Under the pieces are notes generated by a model, which saw only the letters and a program-made list of their open reading frames with translations, was not told the DNA's origin and did not search any database. A DNA stretch of 64,000 bases from assembly GCA_002269645.1 (NCBI GenBank), contig NIVC01003219.1, forward strand, positions 46,157 through 110,156, in the 5' to 3' direction. The position numbers and the translations under genes are program-made. Below are positions 28,101 to 40,100 of this stretch, in pieces. Source of the DNA: Macrostomum lignano. Its lineage: Eukaryota. The first letter of the stretch is position 1; every line of letters begins with the position of its first letter.

Positions 28101-31100
28101 GACCCTACGCTAGTAGAATCGTATTGCCAACATTGAAAATGGTTCAGAAAGTTGCCGTACAACCTGCTACGCAAGATCAGCGCGATCTGCTCACCGCAGT
28201 TATGGATTTATTCTCCTCAATGTTCCTACAATTAGGCACCAAATTTATGACATTTTATCCCATTGTGGATAGAGTTATTCGGCGCTGCAAAATTCAACAG
28301 CATCAACGCTTTGATTTGATTGCTAATAAGGTAAATACATTGCCTTACGAGTATTACATAGGAATATTTTTATCCTAATACAAATCCCTTGTAGCCCTAT
28401 AATAATCCCCCCTCCAAGCTGCATTCAAAATCGCCATATAACAATCCCACCCAAAGGCCCTTCGAAAATCGCATTAATAATAATTCCCCCCGTAAGCCAA
28501 AAAAATCGCTCTAATGATAATTCCCCTGTAAGCCTCACTTTAAATCGCTTTATGATAATTCCCCTGTAAGCCTCACTTAAAATCGCTCTATGATAATTCC
28601 CCTGTAAGCCTCACTTTAAATCGCTCTATGATAATTCCCCTGTAAGCCTCACTTTAAATCGCTCTATGATAATTCCCCTGTAAGCCTCACTTTAAATCGC
28701 TCTATGATAATTCCCCTGTAAGCCTCACTTTAAATCGCTCTATGATAATTCCCCTGTAAGCCTCACTTTAAATCGCTCTATGATAATTCCCCTGTAAGCC
28801 TCACTTTAAATCGCTCTATGATAATTCCCCTGTAAGCCTCACTTTAAATCGCTCTATGATAATTCCCCTGTAAGCCTCACTTTAAATCGCTCTATGATAA
28901 TTCCCCTGTAAGCCTCACTTTAAATCGCTCTATGATAATTCCCCTGTAAGCCTCACTTAAAATCGCTCTATGATAATTCCCCTGTAAGCCTCACTTTAAA
29001 TCGCTCTATGATAATTCCCCTGTAAGCCTCACTTTAAATCGCCCTATAATAATCCCCCCAAACCTCAATAAAAACTTCCCTATAATAATTCCCTCCCAAG
29101 CCTCACTAAAAGTTACCCTATAATTATTTTTCCCCTCAAGCCTCATTGAAAATCGCCCCATAACTACCACCCAAAGCCCCCAATAAAAATCGCCCAATAA
29201 AAATCTCCCCAAGCCTCAATAAAAATTCTTATAATAATCTTCCTCAAGCCTCATTGAAAATCGCCCTATAAATTCCCCTCAAGTCTCAATAAAACTCGTA
29301 CTATAATAATTCCTAAGCTTTATTGATAATGCAGAGCTTATTTAATTTCCAAGGAATTTCGACTATGCAATCAAAGCTCCAGAATTGAATAACATTTATT
29401 AAAACTCTCAACCGCCATCGATCTCCAGGTGTCAAAAAACACGGTGCTGAGCGACTTCTTTGCCAGCGACCCGGCTCTACTCCGAGTCACAGAGATTGGC
29501 GGCCGTCTGTCCTCAGCATCCACTGGCGGCCGGCTTCATCATTCGACAAGTCGGCGACGGGACAAGCTGGTCGGTAGCGCCGCTAATGCCGCCGGTGCAG
29601 CGGCTTCGTCGACAGCCAACGCCGCGGCCGTCAGCGCCCAGCAGAATCAGAAACTGCAATCTTTGGTGCTGCAACGATCGTGGCAGATTTCTTCGGTAGT
29701 GTCTAAAGACGATTGGCATCAGTGGTTGAGAAATCTAACGGAGACGCTGATTAGGGAGAGTCCGTCTGTTAGCATCAGGGCTTGCAGGCTGCTAGCTCAG
29801 GCCAATCCCGCTATTGGTAAGGCTATTTATAGTATTTTTTTATCATGAGCTATTATGTTTTTGGGGAGGTTAAAATTTCTTATTTATTGCTTTCTGGGAA
29901 AGAGATTCCTAAAGCCCGAGTTTCAAAGCCTCAAAATTTGATTTTCTAGGCTTACAGTATCTGAGGAGGAACATTTCCAAAGCTTCTAAAGTCTGGAAGG
30001 GGTGAGATTTTCGAAGCTTGCTTCTCAGAGGGGTGAGATTTCTGAAGCTTCAGTATCTGAGGAGTGAGATTTCCCAAAGCTTCAATATCTAAGGGGTGAG
30101 GTTTCCTTAGTTTCCGTATCTGAGAGGTGAGATTTCCTTAGCTTCCGTATCTGAGAGGTGAGATTTCCTTAGCTTCCGTATCTGAGAGGTGAGATTTCCT
30201 TAGCTTCCGTATCTGAGAGGTGAGATTTCCTTAGCTTCCGTATCTGAGGAGTGAGATTTCCTAAAGCCTCATTATCCAAGGAGTGAGATTTCCTTAGCTT
30301 CCGTATCTGAGAGGTGAGATTTCCTTAGCTTCCGTATCTGAGAGGTGAGATTTCCTTAGCTTCCGTATCTGAGAGGTGAGATTTCCTTAGCTTCCGTATC
30401 TGAGAGGTGAGATTTCCTTAGCTTCCGTATCTGAGAGGTGAGATTTCCTAAGCTTCCGTATCTGAGAGGTGAGATTTCCTTAGCTTCCGTATCTGAGAGG
30501 TGAGATTTCCTTAGCTTCCGTATCTGAGGAGTGAGATTTCCTAAAGCCTCATTATCCAAGGAGTGAGATTTCCTAAAGCTTCACTATCTGAGGAGTGAGA
30601 TTACCTAAAGCTTCATTAGTTAAGGGGGTGAGATTTTTTAAGCTTCAGTATCTGATTGGAGATTTTCCTAAAGTTTCATTATATGAGGGGTGAGATTTCC
30701 TAAGCCTCATTATCTGGGGGGGGGGTGAGATTTCCAAGAATAATTATTTATATAAACTATATGTTTAGTCCCGCAACGCAACGCACAGGCAAGCAACTAT
30801 TCAACGCGGCATTCGTGAGCTGCTGGAGCGAACTACCCGACAGCCTTCAAGACGAACTCATCCAAGTGCTCGAACAGGCTCTCAGCGCCTCTAAAGATGT
30901 ACCAGAGATCTCCCAGACAATTTTAAACCTGTCCGAGTTCATGGACCACCGGGACAGCTCGCCACTGCCGTTGAGCGTGAAACTTCTAGCCGATAAAGCT
31001 ATCAAGACCAGGGTGTACGCCAAGGCGCTTTATTACAAGGAGACAGAATTTCGCGACTGCGTACAGTCGAAATTCGATCCGTCTAATTATAGCGACATCC

Positions 31101-34100
31101 TAGAGAGTCTAATTAGCATTAATAATAAACTGGGCATGGTGGAGTCCGCCGAAGGCGTGCTGCAGAATGCCGCCTCGTATTTTAAAGACGGTCTGCGCAA
31201 TCAGGAGTTCTGGTTTGAGAAGCTGCAGGATTGGACTAAAGCTCTGATGCTCTACGAGAGAAACATTGATCAGCATCCCAATACTGCTAAACTGGTGAGC
31301 GGAAGTCGCTTTCTTGTGCTTAATAACTTACTTCTTCGTTGGATAAATTTGTTTGGAGCTGAGCATTTGATAGTGATGACGCTGAGCATTGGATAGTGAT
31401 GAAGCTGAGCATTGGATAGTGATGAAGCTGAGCATTGGATAGTGATGAAGCTGAGCATTGGATAGTGATGAAGCTGAGCATTGGATAGTGATGAAGCTGA
31501 GCATTGGATAGTGATGAAGCTGAGCATTGGATAGTGATGATGCTGAGCATTTGATAGTGATGAAGCTGAGCATTGGATAGTGATGAAACTGAGCATTGGA
31601 TAGTGATGAAGCTGAGCATTGGATAGTGATGAAGCTGAGCATTGGATAGTGATGAAGCTGAGCATTGGATAGTGATAAAGCTGAGCATTGGATAGTGATG
31701 AAGCTGAGCATTGGATAGTGATGAAGCTGAGCATTGGATAGTGATGAAGCTGAGCATTGGATAGTGATGAAGCTGAGCATTGGATAGTGATGATGCTGAG
31801 CATTTGATAGTGATGAAGCTGAGCATTTGATAGTGATGAAGCTGAGCATTGGATATAGTGATGAAGCTGAGCATTGGATAGTGATGAAGCTGAGCATTGG
31901 ATAGTGATGAAGCTGAGCATTGGATAGTGATGAAGCTGAGCATTACAGTAAATTATTGATTCGTTCCCCCACCCAACCCTCAAATTAAGGTGGTCGGCCG
32001 TCTCCGCTGCCTGGAGGCGCTGGGCGAATGGACAGAATTGGAGGCCACAGCCACGGAGAAGTGGAGCTTCCTATGCGAGAACACGGACCAAGAGCGGGAC
32101 AAAGTGGCCGCTATGGCTATCAATGCCTGCTGGTCCAATCGATCCTGGGACAAGCTGTGCAGTTTCCTAAAATTTTTACCCAAAGATTCTTACGACGCCA
32201 ATTTTTTCAACGCCGTCTACGCCATTCATCTGGGCGTGTTTGATGAGGCGCGCTGTTTCCTAGATCGCAGTCGCGACATTCTAGACGCTGATATTGCCAA
32301 TGCCGCCAGCGATAGCTACATGCGATCTTATAGTATCTGCGTGTCTGCCCAGACTCTTACTGAACTTGAAGAGGTCATGGAGTACAGATTAGAGACTGAT
32401 AGGCGACCGCTAATCAGGGAGTGCTGGTCTAAGCGATTGGAGAGCTGCGATAAACAGGTTGAAGATTGGTGGCGATTGCTGCAGGTGAGTCTGAGGCGGA
32501 GTCGAGTCCTAGTAGTCTTTGTAGCTGAGTTATCATCGCCTAAGTCTCAGTAGTAAGTAGATATCACTACCAGCAAATCTCGATAGTCTGTAGCTAAGCT
32601 ATCACTACCATTAAATCCTAGTGGTCTTTGTAGCTGAGCTATCAGTACCAGTAAGTTCTAGTGGTCTTTGAAGCTGAGCTATCACTACCATTAAATCCTA
32701 GTGGTCTTTGTAGCTGAGCTATCACTACCATTAAGTCCCAGTGGTCTTTGTAGCTGAGCTATCACTACCATTAAATCCTAGTGGTCTTTGTAGCTGAGCT
32801 ATCAGTACCATTAAGTTCTAGTGGTCTTTGTAGCTGAGCTATCAGTACCAGTAAGTTCTAGTGGTCTTTGTAGCTGAGCTATCAGTACCAGTAAGTTCTA
32901 GTGGTCTTTGTAGCTGAGCTATCAGTACCAGTAAGTTCTAGTGGTCTTTGTAGCTGAGCTATCACTACCATTAAATCCTAGTGGTCTTTGTAGCTGAGCT
33001 ATCACTACCATTAAATCCTAGTGGTCTTTGTAGCTGGGCTATCACTACCATTAAGTTCTAGTGGTCTTTGTCGCTAAGCTATCACTACCATTAAGTCCCA
33101 GTGGTCTTTGTAGCTGAGCTTGTAACTTAACAAGCACCGCAATCATGACCTGGTCTATGTATCTTAAAGTAAAAAAACACTACACCCTGGGGTCTTTGTA
33201 ACTTAAACGTCAAAGTTTCTAAGTATATAACCAGTATATATCTGTGTAAATCGCATATTATATTATCTTTATATTAATCATCGCAGTGTTCTCATAATAC
33301 TTATCCCTAGGTTCGCTCTCTGGTACTCAATCCCGTCGAGCAGATGCACGACTACCTCAAATTTGCCAGCCTCTGTCGGAAAAACAGTCGCACCAGCTTC
33401 TCTCTGCGCGTCATCGCCAGCTTGATGGGATTTAATCCCGCCGCGCCGGGGGCCAAGCCGTTGGATCCGGCTATGGCCGAGGTAAACAGTCTCTGTGCTG
33501 CTGTATATCTTGATTACGGTTGGGGATTAGTGAGGTGGATTGCTAGCATATAACCTATGCATGGATTAAGCAATAGAATGGATTGCTAATCTATAGCTCT
33601 ATACATGAATTAAATAATAGAATGGATTGCTAATCTATAGCTCTATACATGAATTAAAGAATAGAATGGATTGCTAATCTATAGCTCTATGCATGAATTA
33701 AAGAATAGAATGGATTGCTAATCTATAGCTCTATATATGAATTAAATAATAGAATGGATTGCTAATCTATAGCTCTATACATGGATTAAAGAATAGAATG
33801 GATTGCTAATCTATAGCTCTATACATGAATTAAATAATAGAATGGATTGCTAATCCATAGCTCTATACATGAATTAAAGAATAGAATGGATTGCTAATCT
33901 ATAGCTCTATACATGGATTAAAGAATAGACTGGATTGCTAATCTATAGCTCTATACATAGATTAAAGAATTGAATGGATTGCTAATCTATAGCTCTATAC
34001 ATGGATTAAAGAATAGACTGGATTGCTAATCTATAGCTCTATACATAGATTAAAGAATTGAATGGATTGCTAATCTATAGCTCTATACATGGATTAAAGA

Positions 34101-37100
34101 ATAGACTGGATTGCTAATCTATAGCTCTATACATGAATTAAAGAATAGAATGGATTGCTAATCCATAGCTCTATACATGAATTAAAGAATAAAATGGATT
34201 TCTAATCTATAGCCTACATGTATTAAAAAGTGTATAATGGATTATTGCTAATCTACAGTCTACATGGATTAACAAATAGAATAGATTGCTAATCTATTAT
34301 GCCTACTTGGATTAAGGAATAGAATGGATTGCTAATCTACCCTCTATCCCACAGGTAAGCCTAGCCTACGCCAAGCACCTGTGGTTCTCCGGCCAGAAAG
34401 CGGAAGCAACCAACCGGCTTACGCAGCTCATCCGGCAGCTGGTGGCCCATCAAGACTCCGCTGGCCAAAGCGGCGGCGGCATGACGGCCAATTCGCCGCC
34501 AACCGTAGGCGAACGCCGCCTGTTAGCCAAATCCTTTCTTAAGCTGGCCAATTGGTATTTGGAGACTCGAGTGCCCGACGCTGCCCTTGGTGGCGGCGCG
34601 GCAAGCAGCGGCGGCGGTCAGCAACAGTCGGCGCTTAACAGCGACGATGATCAGATCTTCTCCTGCCTGCCGCCGGAGCAATGGCGCGGCGGCCTGGTGC
34701 AGCCTAGCAGCCCTATTGTGGCCGACAGCCCCTACCTGTACTGCATGCACCGCTGTCTCGGTCTGGTCTCCGCCGCTACTGATCGGGACGCTGAATTGCG
34801 CAAGGCGTGGGCTCGTTTCGGCCTGATGAGCTACGAGAGTTTGTTGCACCTGAAAACTGAGGTTCGCTTGCCTTGTAATGTGTTTTGTTGTTCAACTAGC
34901 CGATATGTATCGAATAGCCGATATGTATCGAATAGCCGATATTTATTGAATAGCCGATATACGAATAGCTGATATGTATTAAATAACCCATGTGTATTAA
35001 ATTGCCGATTTGTATTAAATAAACCATGTGTATTGAATAGCCGATATGTATCGCAAATGCTTAATTTGTATCGTATGGCCGAGATGTATCGCACATGCTT
35101 GATATGTATCAAATAGCCGATATGTATCGAACAGCCGATATGTATCAAATTTCCAAAATGTATCATAAATAGCCGATATATATATCGCAAATAGCCGACA
35201 TGTATCGAAGAACTAATATGTATCTTAGAAGCAGGTACCTAATACAAATAGCCGATATGTATCGAAAGTTAACTTCCAAATAAGGTTGTTAAAAATTCGG
35301 TTGGCTTTTCACAAACTCCGCACAGATCCGACCCGAACCGGAAGCTCGAACCGATTATCACCGCCTTGTTGCCGCCTACTCGCTCAACGCTGTACGCGGC
35401 TTCGTTAAATCGCTCTGTCTGTGCACCGGCAACAGTCTGCAGGACAGTCTCCGCCTCATCAATTTATTATTCGAGTTCGGCGCCGAAGACCAAATAGTTC
35501 AGGCTGTCAATGATGGACTGCACAGAATCCGATTAGAGAACTGGCTGCTGGTGATTCAGCAGATGCTGGCTAGGATTGACTCGCCTAGGGACATGGTCAA
35601 TGCTGAGATTGTCAACATCCTGGTGGAGGTCGGCAAGGCCCATCCGCAGGTGAGCTCTTAGTGTCTGTCTTAATGCCTGTCTTAGTGTCTGTCTTAGTGC
35701 CTGTCTTAGTGTCTTTCTTAGTGTCTGTCTTAATGCCTGTCTTAGTGTCTGTGTTAGTGCCTGTCTTAGTGTCTTTCTTAGTGCCTGTCTTAGTTCCTGT
35801 CTTAGTGTCTGTCTGTCTTAGTGTCTGTCTTAGAGTCTGTCTGTCTTAGTTTCTTCTTGGAGTCTGTCTGTCTTAGTGTCTGTCTTGGAGTCTGTCTGTC
35901 TTAGTGCCTGTCTTAGTGTCTATCTTAGTGTCTGTCTTAGTGTCTATCTTAGTGCCTGTCTTAATGTCTGTCTTAGTGCCTGTCTTAGTGCCTGTCTTAG
36001 TGTCTATCTTAGTGCCTGTCTTAGTGCCTGTCTTAGTGCCTGTCTTAGTGTCTGCCTTAGTGCCTGTCTTAGTGTCTGTCTTAATGCCAGTCTCAGTTAT
36101 CTGCCTTATTTATGCTTTTTTGATGTCTGTCTGCTTGTATGTTTTTTTTTCTAGTCAGTTACCTTTAATAGTCATCTAATAATAGCTCGAACAAACTTTT
36201 ACGGCATGCAAATAATCCATTTTCCTTTTTATTCTTTGTTTACCTTACACTTCTATAGTATTAATCGCTAGATTATTAGGCAAACAAAAAAACATTTTTA
36301 TAGTGTAATTACGCCTTTCATACCCGCCTCCGCCGCCCACGCACAGGCCATGATCAATCCGTTGATTCTTGCCTTCAAATCTGGCGGCACTCAGCGTCGG
36401 CGCTGGAACTGCAACAAAATTCTGTACAACATGGAGAGCCACTCGGCCAGGCTCGTTAGCGAAGGCTTCATGCTCAACGAGGAATTGATTAGATTGGCCA
36501 TCACCTGGGCCGAGATGTGGTACGAATCAATTGAAGAGGCTTCCAGAGCATTCTTTGGCGAGACTAAGGATATCAGGTTGGTGAATTCGGCTTGAGACTT
36601 TTCATTGACAGATTAGGACGGTGGCCCAGCAACTGAGGATCTGGGAGGCTGGCCCAGCAACTGAGGATCTGGGAGGCTGGTGGCACAGCAACTGAGGATC
36701 TGGGAGGCTGGTGGCCCAGCAACTGAGGATCTGGGAGGCTGGTGGCCCAGCAACTGAGGATCTGGGAGGCTGGTGGCCCAGCAACTGAGGATCTGGGAGG
36801 CTGGTGGCCCAGCAACTGAGGATCTGGGAGGCTGGTGGCCCAGCAACTGAGGATCTGGGAGGGGGACAAAATCGCTAGAAATCAGTTTTTCAAACCCGTG
36901 TACATTTCGGCTTGTACTGCTTAGCAACCAATTTTCGCCTGCATCCTTCTAGGCTGATGCTGCAGATTCTGCAGCCGCTGCACGAGCTGATGACGAAGCC
37001 GCCCGAAACCCTGCAAGAGACTGCATTTCACCAGGAATACGCCAGGGAGCTGCAGGAGTGCCTGGAGCTGTGCGCCAAATATCAGCGCTGCCGGCACATG

Positions 37101-40100
37101 CAGGAACTGAACGTTGCTTGGGATATCTACTATAATATATTCCGGCGATTGGGCAAACAGGTGTGCTTTGCGTGCTTGTGAAATTTCAATTCTTCACTAA
37201 TGAAGAGAAGAGGGTAGAGAGTGATAAATTACAGAGTGAAATGTGAGAGGCAGAGGGAGTGCAAATGAAGAGGAGTATATTGCTAGGAGAGAGTGAAAAG
37301 GCATAGAGAAGAGAGTGAAAAGGCAAGGAGGAGAGAGTGAAAAGGCAAGGAGGAGAGAGTGAAAAGGCAAGGAGAAGAGAGTGAAAAGGCAAGGAGGAGA
37401 GAGTGAAAAGACAAGGAGAAGATAGTGAAAAGGCAAGGAGGAGAGAGTGAAAAGGCAAGGAGGAGAGAGTGAAAAGGGAAGGAGGAGAGAGTGAAAAGGC
37501 AAGGAGGAGATAGTGAAAAGGCAAGGAGGAGAGAGTGAAAAAGCAAGGAGGAGAGAGTGAAAAGGCAAGGAGGAGAGAGTGAAAAGGCAAGGAGGAGATA
37601 GTGAAAAGGCAAGGAGGAGAGAGTGAAAAGCCAAGGAGGAGAGAGTGAAAAGGGAGAGGTGAGGGATGGATAAGCGAAAGATAATATTGGCCAAGAGGTG
37701 GTTAAGTGACTACAACAGTCGCAAACAAATACCAAGGATTAATATCCCCAATTCACTACTTGGGCCTTAGGTACCAGCCGTGCAGACCCTGGAGCTCAGC
37801 TACTCAGCTCCACGCCTGGCAAACTACGGCACAGACTGGGAACTGGCCGTGCCGGGCACCTACCTGCCCCGAAAGCCGGTTATTAGCGTTGCCGGCATTA
37901 AGCCAACTCTGAAACTAATCAATTCTAAGCAGAAGCCGCGTATACTCACCGTGAACGGGTCGGACGGTCACGGGTACACGTTCTTATTGAAAGGTCACGA
38001 AGATATTCGACAGGACGAGAGAGTTATGCAACTGTTCGGTCTGACTAACTCATTGCTAATGAGCAATATTAGGACTGTGCGATGCAACCTGACGTGAGAA
38101 GTTTACTGATTATTTATGTTTCTTTTTTATTTTACTAGTTGTGGTGGGATTCTGTTTATTAGTAAAGAAAAGTTCAAGCTTATGATGCGTTTAATGAATA
38201 CGTGTTTTCTGCGTCTGTGGTTATGAAAGCTTGTGTTGTGTTTATGACAGTCTATGGTTACGATAGCTTGTGTTTATGACATTCTGTGTTTATGACAGTC
38301 TATGGTTACGATAGCTTGTGTTTATGACATTCTGTGTTTATGACAGTATGTTTATTACAGGCTGTGGTTATGATAGCTTGTGTTTACGATGGTTGTGTTT
38401 ATGACATTCTGTGTTTATTACAGGCTGTGGTTATGATAGCTTGTGTTTACGATGGTTGTGTTTATGACATTCTGTGTTTATGACAGTATGTTTATTACAG
38501 GCTGTGGTTATGATAGCTTGTGTTTACGATGGTTGTGTTTATGACATTCTGTGTTTATTACAGGCTGTGGTTATGATAGCTTGTGTTTACGATGGTTGTG
38601 TTTATGACATTCTGTGTTTATGACAGTCTATGGTTACGATAGCTTGTGTTTATGACATTCTGTGTTTATGACAGTCTATGGTTACGATAGCTTGTGTTTA
38701 TGATATTCTGTGTTTATGACAGTCTATGGTTACGATAGCTTGTGTTTATGATATTCTGTGTTTATGACAGTCTGTGTTTATGACAGTTTGTGTTTATGAC
38801 AGTTTGTGTTTATGATAGCTTGTGTTTATGACATTCTGCTTTTATGACAGTCTGTGTTTATTACAGGCTGTGGTTATGATAGCTTGTGTTTACGATGGTT
38901 GTGTTTATGACAGTCTGTGTTTATTACAGGCTGTGGTTATGATAGCTTGTGTTTACGATGGTTGTGTTTATGACATTCTGTGTTTATTACAGGCTGTGGT
39001 TATGATAGCTTGTGTTTACGATGGTTGTGTTTATGACATTCTGTGTTTATGACATTCTGTGTTTATGACAGTCTGTGTTTATGATGGTTGTTTATGTTTG
39101 TGTTTAAGATAGTCTAGCCTGTAGTGTTTAGCATCTAGTCTACGTTTATAGTAACATGCTGTTTATTTGCAGCATGGGTAATTATGACATGTTTATGTTT
39201 ATGATAGTTCATTTACTAACTGAGAGTTCAAATATAGTTAACTGTCACGCCTTATGCCATTAAACGTCAGGATTCAACGGATGTCCATCATTCCGTTGTC
39301 AACCAACACCGGCCTGATTGGCTGGGTGCCAAATTCGGACACTCTGCACACTCTCATTAGAGACTACAGAGAGAAGAAGAAAATTCGACTCAATCTGGAG
39401 CATTGGACTATGCTCAAGGTTTGTAGCTATGCAATGTGCTGTTGTATATTGCACTTTTGTAGTGCTATTTAAATTGGCATTAAACGCATGTAAGCATTAA
39501 ATCTATGTTCAATGACGGTTGAATAGTACACAGAATATGATTGGCTAGTGTACACAAAATCTGATTGGCTATTGTACACATAATCTGATTGGCTACTGTA
39601 CACAAAATCTGATTGGCTATTGTACTCAGAATCTGATTGGCTATTGTACAAAAAATCTGATTGGCTATTGTACACATAATATGATTGACTAGTGTACACA
39701 GAATCTGATTGGCTATTGTACTCAGAATCTGATTGGCTAGTGTACACAAAATCTGATTGGCTATTGTACACAAAATCTGATTGGCTATTGTACTCAGAAT
39801 CTGATTGGCTATTGTACACAAAATCTGATTGGCTATTGTACTCAGAATCTGATTGGCTAGTGTACACAGAATCTGATTAGCTAGTGTACACAGAATCTGA
39901 TTGACTAGTGTACACAGAGTCTGATTGGCTAGTGTACACAGAATCTTTGGCTATTGTACACAGAACCTGATTGGCTATTGTACACAGAACCTGATTGGCT
40001 AGTGTACACAGAATCTGATTGACTAGTGTACACAGAGTCTGATTGGCTAGTGTACACAGAATCTTTGGCTATTGTACACAGAATCTGATTGGCTATTGTA

